Shown here piece by piece: positions 38,879 through 52,290 of a stretch of DNA of 64,000 bases. The stretch spans positions 1 through 64,000 of the forward strand of contig NMRA01000414.1 of NCBI GenBank assembly GCA_002633005.1, given 5' to 3'. A program made the translations under genes and the position numbers. A model generated the notes under the pieces. That model was not told where the DNA came from. It saw nothing but the letters and a program-made list of their open reading frames with translations, and did not search any database. The stretch comes from Phoronis australis (taxonomy: Eukaryota; Animalia; Phoronida). Position 1 is the first letter of the stretch. Every line of letters begins with the position of its first letter.

Positions 38879-39767
38879 CAGTGACGGATCTAGGATATCA
38901 CAAGGGGGGCCCAACATTTTGTCCGGATGGAAGCATTTGCGCAAAATGCCCCACGATTGTAGATGCGCATAGCACCGATGGGGGGAGGTCGGTTTGCCTC
39001 CCTCCCGTCCAGGAAATTTTTCTGTTTTTACCTCTAAAAATCAAGCATTTTCCTTGATTCCTGAGGTATTATCCAGGAAAAAAAGGCCAAAAAAATAACA
39101 CGGAGAACGTGTCAAACAGGAAAAATTGCAAATACCAAAGACTCGAACACACGACCGGGCGGATAGAGCGCGCATACGTTACCACTACACCACCACGATT
39201 TAACTACTAATAATGTACTAAGAGACCTACTTGTTTATGGGCCACAGCGTTTGCGCGCGAAACCTACTTCTTTTTGTATTGCTTATTACACATTTTATAT
39301 TTTGTGCCATCAATTCTTGAACAAATTTGTCGTATTTGAAATAGCCTTCAAATGCCCAAAAGACCAAATCCATTTTTCGTGTTGGCAATAATGACGGGAT
39401 TGCTTTGGAAATCGTCTTAAGATAAGGTTTAGAGTAGTGCGAGTTTCTGAGTGATTCACTAAGGTTTCGATTAAAATTCACATCTTACCAGCAGCTTCTG
39501 TTTTTTCATCGTCACTCGGGTTCCATTTTCTTTAAAAAATGAAGTAAATTTTCTTCATTGCACAGTGGAGCAGACGACGGAAACGGAGTCGTAGTGCGCA
39601 GCGCCACTGCCGGTCGCCTGGGATATCGCGGGAGAGCGTATACTTAGCCATAGTTACGTTACGAATGCGCCGTGTTCCGAATTTGACACTTGAAATTGGA
39701 TTTGAGCCCCNCTCTTACTGTTTTATTTTTTGCGACAGCCAAGGGCCCCCCCCTAAATCCGCCTATG
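38879..39767. mobile_element. Non-autonomous TIR element with 5-bp TSD TTATA, containing a tRNA-like segment
   Basis: ttata|cagtgacggatctagg ... cctaaatccgcctatg|ttata. The - strand at about 39135-39196 reads gtggtggtgtagtggtaac...gttcgagtc (A- and B-box-like). Confidence 0.7.
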
Positions 39768-42559
39768 TTATAGACAGAAATCGCGTAATTACAATTTAAG
39801 GTCGTGTGGAGAATCAGATGTGTAGTAAATTTCAATGTCTCCGGTGGGACTTGGCCAGGTTGCACAAGCATCTAAACCATTCGGCCAAGAGGAAACACAT
39901 ATCTGATCGATTTAACGGTGTGTTATTCATACTGTATGAATACTGGACAGTATCGTAAACAAAAGTCATCGACAGTAGAAAGATGCACTCCGAAAAGGCG
40001 CAACCACAATTTCTAGGATTCACATTTCCTGAACATAAATTTTTAGCACCGATTTGCTGCCCAACACCAAAGATTTTATAGTTACCGAAGGGGATATAGT
40101 ATCTTTGCCAACACTAAGACCACATTTACACTCAGATAAGGTCCATCAATCATGCCAGTTTGTCTGTGTAAAGCGCTGCCTGTTGCGAATTTGACTAGCC
40201 AATCAGAAACGCCGGTGTAAAAAAATTTTCCGAGGAAAATTAAGTGATATCTGTGTGCTGGCTACCGACCACCTAGCGGCACGCAGGGAACCAGCGAGTA
40301 TCTGACTGTAAGTGTCGTCACAACCGGAAGTCACGCTTCGTAACAGATGTGTCAGCAAATGCGTTTCTTTTCATGTTAAGCTAAAATTAAAATACCCCAT
40401 TCGTATATTGCGTGATGAAAATTTGTCACTGTTACCCTTGCGTCGAAATAACCCTACACCCTTCAATATCTTTCCAACTGGATGAGTCACAAAATTAAAT
40501 TATAATGACGCTCGTCCAACAAGGCTTGATATCGGGATGTAGTATCGCAGTTGCGCAATCAGATGCAACTGTAATTTCAGGTTGCAAATTGTTTTATTTT
40601 TTCTGTTTTTATTATTTTCTGTCGCTAACTTCGAGACCGCCATTTTATTATTTTTTCTTATCTTTAAAGGTTCATGTTGTGTTTACCAATTGGTGACGTC
40701 ATTATACCCACACATCCTGTCATTAACAGTCCTCTTTTCCAACCACCCCTTGTAGAGATGATGTAATAGGTGGTTGTACCCTTGCTAAATGACCGTGCAA
40801 ATAGGACATTCGACAAGTTTGCGGCTTATTTTCTTCGATGTTGGCATCTCTTTGACTTAATTATTGCTCAGCAGCTTTGTTTTCTGTGCCAAATATGAAC
40901 AAGTAACGGAACTGGTGAGATGTTAGTCTTGGGTATTGAAGTATTGTCTGGTATCAAGGCTCTCAAAGACACAAAACAATTTTGACATTTACTGATGTTC
41001 CCCAAAAATCTCACAATTTATGCATGAGAATGTTAATTCTGGTTCCAAATTCCTGTGGCAACCTGCTATGGTTCAAGAGTTAAAAATTGTGCTTCATCGC
41101 AGAAATTTTGTTTAATTTATCTTCAGCACCTTGAAATCTATTGGCCATAAAAATTTTCATCCTCACGGTATACATAGTGAGTGTTACAAAAAAACTACCC
41201 CCTCTCCATAAACAATTCTTTTCTGATGAATTATCTTCAAAAGAAATATTTTATTGGAATTCTGTGGGCGAAAGTGTCTATATTTTAATAAAACCACGAG
41301 GAACGTTGTCTTCGAGTAATTCACAATGGTTTTCCAAACTTACATCCAATTTTCATTTCCGGTTGACAGGCTCATATATATTTGGTTGTTTGGTGAACCA
41401 CATATTTTGATTTGCTGTGGTGATCAATCATATATAAATTCCATCTTCTCCCCCGCAAGAACAGCAGACGGTGCCACGTTCAGCTGGATAAGGACCAAAG
41501 ATTGCTCCGGGGCCCTCTAAGAGAGACCTCTTCTGAGATGGCCCCTTAACATGAAAGCCCATATCATTTGAAAAAAAAAACGAAAAAAGTGAAAATTGGT
41601 CCTGGCCCCCTCCGAGAGCATAAGACGAAATGATACAACTGGAAAAAGATGAAAAGAGTCTTCCTCCGAGAAGGTACCCCAAATCTGAGAGGATGCTTAG
41701 GACACTGAGGAAATGGGCAGCAGTTACTGTTATCACAAGGCCCCTGTCCTACANNNNNNNNNNNNNNNNNNNNNCCCCCCCCCCCCCCTTCACATATAGA
41801 GTGTTAATTTCAAAAAGGAAAAATGACAGTCACTCGATTACATCAGTTTTCGTCTAATTTTAATTTATATCAATGTCTCATACATGATTGCTGTGTTTAG
41901 CTCTCATTTTACACCAAATCTGATGAGCACTGCCATCCCTAATACGCCTGTGCAGGTTGCCACTAAGGTTTCGCTTATGGCAGAGGGGAAACACGGTCTA
42001 GCAGGTCGACGGGAGGTAGGTCTTAATCAGCGGCCACTGAATGATAATCCTCATCACCAGACCGTAAGTACAGTAGGAAGGAAATCAAATCCCGTCACTG
42101 AATTGACAACCTTTTCATAAAACTGACTAGATTGGTCTACCAGTTGGAGTGATCGATAACGTTCAGTAATTAGCGTAATAGAACAACACAAACATTGGTT
42201 TGAACGATTAAACACTTGAAAAATGGAACAAGCGACAGGCGTAACATAAAAGGTCACGTGACTATAAACCAACAAACACGTATGAGTTGGTGTACCCCGG
42301 CAATGCGCCATCAGTCAAGACGGATTCTAAAGACTGATAAATCGTGTTGACACAAACACATCAAACAGTGCGCCCTGTTTGCTCACAATGATTTTCAGTT
42401 GAAACTTGATCACCTTGGATAAAGTGTTATGAATGATATTTTGGATCTTGCTGTTTCACTACACTTGATCCTCCCAACAGCGGAGCACGTGTGCTTTTAA
42501 CACTTTCCACAGTTTTAAATAAACCCGATCGAGCAGCCGGTCTCCGAATTCTGTGCGAT

Positions 42560-42606
42560 ATGGCGGCATTTCGGAAATTGGCCATGGCTGCCAAAAACAA
42601 AGAAGC
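42560..42606 (+). CDS. Candidate alternative first exon 1 (MAAFRKLAMAAKNKE + 2 nt)
   Basis: ATG in good context, donor gtaagt, phase 2. Confidence 0.5.
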
Positions 42607-44111
42607 GTAAGTACATTTTCAAGTATAGATAAGATTTGATCCGCATTTAACGTTTATCCATATCTTTTAATTTTTAAAAGATAAGTAAGCGTCTTCAGGT
42701 TACAGTAGACGATAGGTATAAGATCCTGTTTGAAATTCGTACGTTTTATCAACGCTTTTTATGTTATCGTTTATACAGGCTGTTCTTGTTCCATATAGGC
42801 CAGGACTAAAACAAAACTGATTGTTGAACTCGAACTAAAACAACAGTCGTTGTTGGGATCGTTTCTCGATGATTAGGCCACGTGAAATAAGTACATAGTA
42901 GACAAAAAGACATCTTACTCGTCCATTTTTTAATTCCCGAAGATCCAAACTAGAATTGGTGACAGTATACTAAACTGATAGACGATTTCTTCTTTCATTA
43001 ACTCGATCGTATGAGTCTACAGAGGTATATCGTTCTGTTTACACACCTTTACCTGCATGGCAACTTACCCACGGTGAGATACGACAATCTTACGCCCTTT
43101 GGTGTTTTTTGGTGTGAAATGTTGAAGAAATTGACAGCCACGAATTGATTAGGCTCATTTCAGCAATGATGGGTTTGAGACCTATTTAGAATACTAAAAC
43201 TTTCCTGACAACGTTTTAGAATAATCTGGTGAACATGATACGATAAATATAACGTGTCTTTTGAAGGGCTTAAATAAGATGCAATTGTGATTTGTTTGAA
43301 AATTGTCATTAAATTGTTTTTCTTGTATTTTGATATTTTCATATACCAAACGTAATACTATGTTTGTCAGTTTGTTGAGGACCAACTTAAGGCGTACATT
43401 ACATTAACACTGCATGTACACATATCGCCGTACTTTATCAACCTGTTAAATGGTTGTCCAGAACGAAGTCAAAAGATTTGTTTTGAGAACATTAAGCACC
43501 GTTTGAAAAGTATTGTGCTAGTCAAAACCTCAATTGTGTTCACTGAATTGCGGAAAATAGTGTAAAGTCGTTGTATGTGTATATCAGCAGCTGTGTGTTC
43601 TGTTTACCAAGAAAAATCTTTTATTCAACGAATTCACGACAAAGTCTACCCAGTGATTGCTTGGCACAGTTTTCAAGGTTTTTACTTGTCGAGCTTATTG
43701 AATTTAGGGCACAAGAAATAGCTTAGGGGAAATAGGTCGGGGGGGGGGGTAGGGGGTGTGAAGTCCGGCAAAGCCTGAAATGTTAGATTTCATTTTAAAG
43801 CTAATTGTAAGCTGGGACAAGGCTGTGCTTGGTAGTGTTGAAACTGGGCTATTATATTTCAATAGTGATTAGTTATTAGTAGTAGGGACTAGGGAGTAAT
43901 TAAAATTTCATACAAACTGATTAGCGTGTACTGTGCAAGTTGCCTTATGCCGTAACTTTTTAATTGGATTTGATGTATTGGGACGCTACCGGGATTCAAA
44001 TCTATTTGCTTGAAATCGAACTCGATTTTTTGGCATTTCCTGCTCGATTACGTAATGACTTATGTGGATAGCTTTCTAACCCTAGCTTGCATTTGAAGAC
44101 CTAAGCATTAG

Positions 44112-44266
44112 CAGTGGCGGATTTAGAGGGAGGCCAAGGGGGCCATGGCCCTCCTAAAATTCTCCAAGATTACATTTGGCAGTTCGGGGTGCGAATGTCT
44201 GACGGGCAAAATCCTGGCTAATACTCTGCCCTGCCCCCCCAACTCAAAATCCTGGATCCGCCCCTG
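44112..44266. mobile_element. MITE with CAGTGGCGGAT...ATCCGCCCCTG termini
   Basis: TIR visible; flanks attag and atttg (5-bp TSD with one mismatch). Confidence 0.7.
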
Positions 44267-44969
44267 ATTTGGGTAAAAGTTCGAGTCTGAATTCGAGATT
44301 AGGAGATTTTCTTGTAGTACAAATATAGATGTCAACAAGTGTGAACTTGGACTAGAAACTCATATGTATAAACTATAACGTACTGGAGCACAGACTAATA
44401 GTCACTTATCTTGAATTGGCAAAAAACAATAACGAAAAGTGCCTAAAATAATTTCAGGTTCGATCTCGAGCACAAGGATTAGACCCCGGCCCCTGATTTC
44501 ATGGAATTGAAAGCGAACTGTCTATGGTAACTAACAGTTCAACATTCTATCGTGGACAAGTGTCACCCAAGGAGCAGTGACAAAAGATTAAGATTTTGTA
44601 GGACCATCGAAAAATGGACAAATTTGACAAACTTTGGAACATCATACCTCAGATAGGGCTGCCAGGGTTCATATGAAACTTTCAGACGCCATAATTTATG
44701 CGTTGTACTCCAAAACGCCATTAGCAATTGCTTTTAAAATTTTCACTTTTTGCATGAGAAGCTATTAAAGATACGACTTTTCTGATTTTCATAAAAAACT
44801 CAAATGTTGCATAAAATGAAAACGAAACGATAATTTAGAAAACTGTAACACCTTCAGATTTGGTCATGTAATGTCTATTGTTGTTCTGCAATCGATGTAC
44901 CGTACTTTTGCCAAACTTTACTAAAACGGCGTAGTGACGTGACCCTATTGTTGTCAGATTGATAAAAAC

Positions 44970-45190
44970 AAAATAGAATTCTGCAAGCGTTCTGATTTCA
45001 CAAATATATACTTTTACTGGGTTAAAATAGAATACTGCAAGCGTTCTGCTTTCACAAATATATACTTTTACTGGGTTAAAATAGAATACTGCAAGCGTTC
45101 TGCTTTCACAAATATATACTTTTACTGGGTTAAAATAGAATACTGCAAGCGTTCTGCTTTCACAAATATATACTTTTACTGAGTTAAAAT
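44970..45190. repeat. 54-bp minisatellite, 4 copies
   Basis: Unit ttaaaatagaatactgcaagcgttctgctttcacaaatatatacttttactggg. Confidence 0.95.
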
Positions 45191-45547
45191 CTATAGTTTT
45201 GTGATTATGTAGCTAAATACACGGACTTATCGATCAAGTCTTACATAACTTTGAACTTGCTACAAACCATGTCCTCATCGATGATCTTCGCAAGTCTATT
45301 GCTCATCCAAAACAACGTCAGCGCGTTCGTGTCTCCTGTTTGAATTGAAATTCGTTATTACCTTGGCGACCGAAACTAATCTGCCGTAACGAGCAACTAA
45401 TGGTCTGATCTGAAGTAACATAACGACCTGTAAGATCTTTTCAAGTCTAGAAATCGTTTCAGAATAAGAAACAAGACGAGACAGTTTTTATGGCAGAAAG
45501 TGACTTGAATCAAAAGTTGTTTTTTTAAAGAATTCACGGGTTATTGC

Positions 45548-45862
45548 ACCGAGGGGACACTCATGTTGACAAGGTGTCCGCAGGCGTGTACCAAAAATTG
45601 CTGAGAGACCCCCTGGTGCCAGATCTGCTAATTACCTCGTGACCCTCTTTTGCGGGGTAGATTTTTTCTGTAGGAAGACGGCCAGTGCGTTTTTTGCGGG
45701 GCTCAGGCTAATCTTCAGTGGATCTTTTGCGGGGACGACATGGAAATTTAGGGGCCTATTACACTTCGCGCGAGTCCCGCAAAACTTGCTGAAAAAGTAC
45801 TACCTACCCGCAGTTTTTGGTACACTCCTGCGGGCACCTTGTCAATATGAGTGACCCCCGGG
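45548..45862. mobile_element. MITE with ~55-bp TIRs and long TSD (Mutator-like)
   Basis: ccgaggggacactcatgttgacaaggtgtccgcagg... pairs with ...cctgcgggcaccttgtcaatatgagtgacccccgg. gggttattgc is repeated at 45538-45547 and 45861-45870. Confidence 0.8.
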
Positions 45863-46983
45863 GTTATTGCCCACTTAAAAAACAGAATATCTTTAATTAG
45901 ACGGTGGCCACTATTTGGACAAGGGGCAGTGATGATGCTATTCAATATTGACTGAAGTGAAAGTTTTAAAATTAATAAAATGTCCCGTGTTTAACTAATT
46001 ACCTGAATGAAATCATTTTAAACACAGTAGGTCAAAGTTTGTGAATCGTTAATATGAACATCCACAAAATCCTGTCGATGGAAAAAGTATGGATTGGCAG
46101 CACGCTTGAAAAGGATTTACATTGAACGTAGTAATATCCCGTGTCCTGCCCGTGGACTAAGCATGTACACTGGCTTGGCATATTGACTTGTGGTTGCCCA
46201 ATAAACTTAGATTATAGTTGTGAAAATTACGTTGCCGCCTAAATAAGCACTTTCGAGATACGCCAGGAGCAAGATTCAAACTGGGTTCTTGTTGCTAAAT
46301 CGTATAATATCATGCGCACACATTCGAAATTGAATCGGAAAGGTTAAATTTCATACATGCCTTCAAGCTATTTTACGAGTTAAATGTTGAAGCTAACTGA
46401 GACAAACACATATTGAATGTCTCGAAAATTCTAGAATTGTAGAAACGTTCGACTTTGACACTCTGCGTTCCCATTAATGGGGTTGAAGTGTTATTGTATT
46501 ACATATTCAGAACAGCTCATTATTAAATTTCCTAATAAAAAGCGTTATCCATACGTTCATATTGGTAAATCAAGACCTTGTTCTCACTGTGCAGTGACAG
46601 TAAAGGTACCTGATAACATCCCTGACTTCGGCAATTATCGATAACTTCAGAACCAAACTAAATGTTCTCTGTAATGGGAGGTTAACAACCGATGTGCGCT
46701 TATAAACTATTCACAGCATGATCATGGAAACCATTCTACTGAAAGTGATTCTTTGATTAGGGATTGGTCTGACCCTAAGGTGAATTTACTCAAGTGCTAA
46801 TAAAATCTGTGATCAAATGGAAATAGATTGCTTCAAAGAAGAGAAGTTTGAGCGGACCCGTAGGCTTTCTGATTATATTTCGAATTGCAAACATTGCATG
46901 CATAAAAATCTCTGTTCATATATGAACCTCTCTAATTAGCTCGTTTAAAACAACACATATTGCCTCTTTTTTAAGGAGCACAG

Positions 46984-47225
46984 GCCCGTTCCAAGAAACT
47001 GACTTAAGTTCATTTTTGACTTAAGTCTAAGATTTGTCTTAACTTCCATGCTTTGAAACTTCCACATACGGTAAGATAGTTAAAATTAAGACAAAACTTT
47101 TATCAAAAACTTAATTCAAACTTAAGATATCTTTCTTGAAACGGTGTCGAGACAAATTGAAGTTTTATCTTAAAACTTTCTAAAATTTAAGATTTGTCTT
47201 AGCTAAGTCAGTTTTGTTGGAACAG
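46984..47225. mobile_element. Palindromic MITE rich in cttaag motifs
   Basis: cccgttccaagaaactgacttaag ... taagtcagttttgttggaacag. Confidence 0.6.
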
Positions 47226-48798
47226 ATATCCATTTCGCTTGATATCGAGGCTCTCACCGAGTTCGGAGGAGAACGAGACAATTTTGTGCAATGCTCGATT
47301 GTGTGCCAGTAAGGCCAGGATTCGATCCGGAGCTCAGACCACTAAGCTACACAGTCCCCTCTGTTCAGTGGGCAGTCCGACATATAGTTAAGCGAGGCTT
47401 TAGACATTTCTTCGCTCAAATCTGGACAAAATATAAGTCATTGGTCACGATTTATCAGTAGAACAATGCAACGTTAGACGTCATCTGCATCATTCCGTCT
47501 ACACCAAAACCTTTCTTCCCTAGTGCCTGGTTGCATCTCCATTATACCCCCTTGTAGGCTAATTTTCACTACATTTGTGGATTTGTGCATACGTTATTTG
47601 TTCTTTCTGGTGCTGGTTTATCTTCTTTACTAAGTCAATGCTTATCGTTATGCACACCGAGAGCAAAGTCTAGGTTGAATTCTCTGTATTTATTTAATGA
47701 AAATAGATAGGGAGCTTTTCATGCAACGCCTCTAATTTAAGGACTACGTCCCTACTTATCTTCAATAAAACAATGGTCCACTTTATAGAGAATTGATAAA
47801 GAATGCTATTGATGAAAGAGGAGCTTATAATAAAGACAAAACATAACATTTTTGAATTAACAAAGACGCCAATGTGTCGAAGAGTTAAGGAACTTAGTTG
47901 AGTCCCTATTTAGGACTGTTTCATGCAACCGGGCACAGGTGCCTCCAAATATCTAAATATTTTCTCTATCATAAGAATATGTTTAAAACATCAAAATAAG
48001 CAGGTGGAATGAACATGTTCTAGGTGTCCAATCTGTACAAGTGGACGACAAAAAATGATATCAAAGTGAAAACGGAAAATCCATAAAACATTTTTCTGTG
48101 CCAAAAGGAAAACTGGACAAGAACAAAAAATAACGATTCAAAACCAGAATTTTCACTTAATATTAGACTAAAACGTGCACCAGCACTTTATACTCATACA
48201 TACATAAATGATTCAAAAGAAATGGACAAATTTCAGCTGATCTCTCTTGTGATATGTTCATTTTTCTGCTCACAATTTCTTAGTGTGTTTGATGTTTGTT
48301 AGTTTTTCGTACATGAAGTGATTTCTGGAGTGAAAAAGAAACTCAGAGTGGATATATTTTATTAACGAGTAGTGAAAATTCTTGTTTTAGGCCTTCAAAT
48401 TCTGCATAGTAAAATGAGTGTTTTAGAGTTTCCTCGGTGTTGCCTTTCCATAGTATCTGTAAACTTTGCAATGTTGTTCAACTCTTCAAAAACCAGCAGC
48501 CCCAAACGCGCCCTACCGGGAGAAAGTTGTTGTTTTTTTCTTTTTACGTCAGTCAGTCAGCCTATTAGCAGTGTGACTCAAAACTGATGTTTTTTTTTCC
48601 TTTAGACGTCGCCAACAGTGTATCAGTGTTTTTACGATCAATTGACTTTCAGTGAGAAAGAGGCTATGAACCGTGTGTAAGCAGTAAAAAAAAACTAACT
48701 TTTGACGTCGACCTTTTACCCCTGTAAAGGTGATCTCAGCTCGTTCCTAACTCAGACGAGTGGTTTCCTGGCTCATATACTGACATAATTGCATTCGG

Positions 48799-48963
48799 CA
48801 GCGTTCGAAATACACGCTGGCCCGGTGGCCAATGAGGGGCCAGTGGATTTGCCATGCCGCCAGGCCAGTAAACTTTCACATATAAGCTCCTGTGGATTTG
48901 GTCAACTATTCATGTAACAGACCCGTCGGGCTAGCACATTTATTTCCTGAAGCTCGAACACTG
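48799..48963. mobile_element. hAT-like MITE (8-bp TSD) inserted in the 3' end of a SINE
   Basis: gcattcgg|cagcgttcga ... tcgaacactg|gcagtcgg. Confidence 0.7.
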
Positions 48964-49164
48964 GCAGTCGGGTCGGGACACGTTGCACCAGACGTGCGCA
49001 AGTCGCTCGGGTGGGCCCATTTTTGTGCTTTATTAATATATAGTTAAAACCGAGCCGAAGAGTTAGAAACCTGACTCCAGGGTTTAGCAGTGTGCCCCAG
49101 TGGGACTCGAACCCGCGACCTTGAGCAAAGGAAACGGAGACGTATCCCACTAGACCACACTGCC
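48964..49164 (-). mobile_element. tRNA-derived SINE
   Basis: The - strand begins ggcagtgtggtctagtgg (A box) ... ggttcgagtccc (B box), followed by a body shared with 25403-25573. Confidence 0.8.
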
Positions 49165-49397
49165 TCTTCTGTATTGTGCTTGGAAAAAAACTGCCAGTTT
49201 CGTGATTGCTTGAGGTTGCGCTTGGCGCATTAATCTACTCTCATAACAAGCGATCTTTTAGTGCTTGATCTCAAGCAATTTTGAACTGTCAGTCGTTTCC
49301 AAGACCAGGAACCACTTCAGGAACGCTTTTCAAAACGGTAAGGGATCTAAATCAAAAGTTTGTTTTGTGACACAAGGCGGTTATAGACGCTCTAAAC

Positions 49398-49561
49398 ATG
49401 ATGTTTCGTTATAGCACGACTAAGGAAGATGAGTCTACGGAACCCAAGTCAGCAAAACAAAAACAAGGGGCCTCGTTGGGAGACAATGCGCTGATGAAAT
49501 CGCTAAAGGTCATCTCTGATATGAAAAAGAAACGCGTGCCTAGTGCTGCAGGAAGTGATGA
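49398..49561 (+). CDS. Candidate alternative first exon 2 (MMFRYSTTKEDESTEPKSAKQKQGASLGDNALMKSLKVISDMKKKRVPSAAGSD + 2 nt)
   Basis: 54 open codons, donor gtaagt, phase 2. Confidence 0.55.
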
Positions 49562-50949
49562 GTAAGTTGTGTCTCTTTGATGATATTTTCCTGAGAATAA
49601 CCGATAGATACTGGATTTGATTGTTGAAATCAAGACCGTCCTCCATCTTTATATTACATGGACGACTATGCACGCCGCAGTCAAATGAAGTATATGAGAT
49701 GGGAGTGGTCATTGAGATTCTCCGGCTGTCACCTTAGTGAACCCAGTTTGAGAATACAAGGTGTGGTATTTTTACAAACGTTTTTGAGACCCCTCTTCAT
49801 GAGAATTCCCTTCTGCTGCCCATCTATCCGTGACATACATGTACGATGTTAGTACTCTCCAAGAGCAAATAATATTTTTAACGGAACTCACAGTGACGGC
49901 ACCCTCGTGTAATTTCCGCGTTTTACAGCAGAAACTGAAATAATATTTCTCCATTGTCGCAGTTCATGATAGTCATGTGTTGTTACACTATGTTGATTTT
50001 TAGGATTTTACCAAGGAGGATAACGGTGGTCTAAAAGTTATCTAAACATTAATTGTTGTCAATCTCATTGATTATTTGATTAGTAAAGAAGGAAGAAAAT
50101 CATCATCGGTAACCATTGGTAACCATCGATAATTCTTCACATGTTTCAACAGCTGTTTACTTTGACTTTAAAGGCAAACAGTTTGTATTAATAGTTCATT
50201 GAAAAATCAATTAGCACTCATCACCAATGTGACGATGATGTAGTCATTTACAGTCACATGCCATGGATTTGCTAATCATTTGAAATCGTCCACTCCAACT
50301 CGTCTCTGTCGACTAGTTCATCGCCACTCAGTTCCTCTAGAGTTTAACAAGGCGTTTCTTTAAGCGTCGTAAAGATGTTTCCTTTTAATTCGAGACAAGT
50401 TTGTCGTGAATTAATAGTCTCTGCTTTTTTAGTATATTTATTGTGGTCTGCGCTTAGGTATAGTTGTCCAGGATTTGTGTAGAAACTAGTTGCTCTGCCA
50501 TGCACTGGTACCGCACAGAAATAGTGAGTCAATTCAAGGCAATGTAGGACCGTAGAACATGTCCAAATTGGCTAACTTCATAACACCGTCACGTTTACTG
50601 TCTTACTGATATCCGGTCATAGCTCTAGATGTTACCAAATGTGGTTTTCAAAGCATGAAGGTCAATATTGGAAATCCGTGAGCGAAGCCAAGCCAAGTCG
50701 GCTTAGTATGTGTTTGCCTCGTTTATACCGCTTTCCTCACTAGTAAATTTTCTCTTTGCTGAAAGTTTTTTGCAGGTTAGCGAATTCTCGATTTCTTCAT
50801 CTTGTTTGACAATTTTGGTTGAGCCAACTCATGGTCGAGTCGGTCTCGCGATCTCACTGGTCATGACCCGGCGTCGGGGCACCCTTTCGATTATCAATGC
50901 GTTAGTTATCAGTATTGGCTATAGGTGGCCTTATTGCTCAATCGTAATG

Positions 50950-52290
50950 TTGACGTTTCAGCACCAGTGTGTTGTAACTGCGTGAGCTAAAGAAGATCTA
51001 GAGCGTACGGCAATGAATCAGCTTTGCGCAGTGGCGATACCATAGCCAATGAGGTTTATCCGAGGCGTGGTTATTGCTAGTTGAAAACTTTACCCAATAC
51101 CCCGCGCTGACGACGTGAAATACCGTCGGCATGCGCAATTTTTGTACGCCCTCACGAGGGCAACATTCCTACCAAAGTAATGGAACAACTAACTGCTAAT
51201 AGGTACGGTTATAATGCACGGAGTCCGTAAGAGCCTAAAAGAATAGGGACATTTATTGTGATAGCAAACAACTCCTTCTGTAAGTTTTCTGGCAGGCTAA
51301 TTGATAAGAGATTTTTAATTAAAAGAGCATTTCTCCTTGTTTATAGCTAGTTGAACCAAGAAAATCGAATTAATTGGCCTTTTAGTCTCTTTACCGTGAT
51401 AGTTTCCATTCGGTTACCAGCACGATCGCCGAAGCCAACAGCGACTCAAGCAAATGATTCAGACACGTTGTGTTCCGTCAATCGTTCTTACGACCTAGCA
51501 CTCGAGACTTTTTTCAGAAGAATTCGGGAACTTCAAAACCGGCATACGTGTATATCAGTTAAACGGAAGTCAAGAAAAATGCCTCACGCATTCTTCCGTA
51601 CCGATAGTTTATGATGTTTATGAAAAAAATGTTGTTTGGATACGCTACTTTCATTAAAGTTGCTACTCGGTTCGAGGCGTTCTATTGTAAGACACTAGCG
51701 AGGAATGCTAGTGTGCTCACGTGTTATATTTGAAATGCATGGCGACATCTCGGGTAATTTCGGTTTTCTGACAAGAAACTTACTTTTATTGTAATTCTTA
51801 CATAAATTGTTATGAGCATTGCTCTACGTATAGATGTACCATTTGGGTTGAGAGTAACTTATAATCCCGACCAAGAGTGGGCTGAGTGCACTTGAACAGG
51901 CCGCTCTAGTCAAGAAAATTCAATGCAATTCCATCAATACTTCGACAGAACGCAACCCAGATTTTGCTGATTATCAATAAATTGGTTGTACAGCCACCAG
52001 GTGGTACTAATAGTTACAAATTCTGCCAATAGATAGCACTGTTGCTCAAACGTAATCTTGACGTCTCAGCACCAGTGTAGTGTAATAGCATGAACTAAAC
52101 AAGAAATGAAATCCATCATGTATTGCCAGCTTTGCGCAGTGGCGGTACCATAGCCAATGAGGTTTATCCGAGGCGTGGTTATTGCTAGTTGAAAACTTTA
52201 CCCAATACCCCGCGCTGACGACGTGAAATACCGTCGGCATGCGCAATTTTTGTACGCCCTCACGGGGGCAACATACCTAAACAAGTAATG
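50950..52290. repeat. Direct repeat with a ~165-bp near-identical core (51019-51182 and 52127-52290)
   Basis: cagctttgcgcagtggcg...ccaatgagg...tgacgacgtg...gtacgccctcacg occurs twice, about 1.1 kb apart. Weaker similarity extends about 70 bp upstream. Confidence 0.9.

Larger units (their letters stand above)
36975..40306. repeat. Pair of ~350-420-bp inverted repeat copies (36975-37325 and 39890-40306)
   Basis: actcgctggttccctgcgcgccgctaggtggtcggtagccagc...atatgtgttt is the reverse complement of aaacacatat...gctggctaccgaccacctagcggcacgcagggaaccagcgagt. The ORFs 37155+ and 39832- translate to similar peptides. Confidence 0.9.

Noticed and set aside
49090-49164. Possible tRNA gene (also tRNA-like segments near 1730-1795, 39135-39196 and 47310-47360)
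   Set aside because: A and B boxes are present but there is no convincing acceptor or anticodon stem. The 49-kb copy continues into a dispersed repeat body, so these are SINE heads.
50108-50124. X-box-like ggtaaccattggtaacc suggesting RFX/ciliary regulation
   Set aside because: A single short degenerate motif with no linked transcription start; expected by chance.
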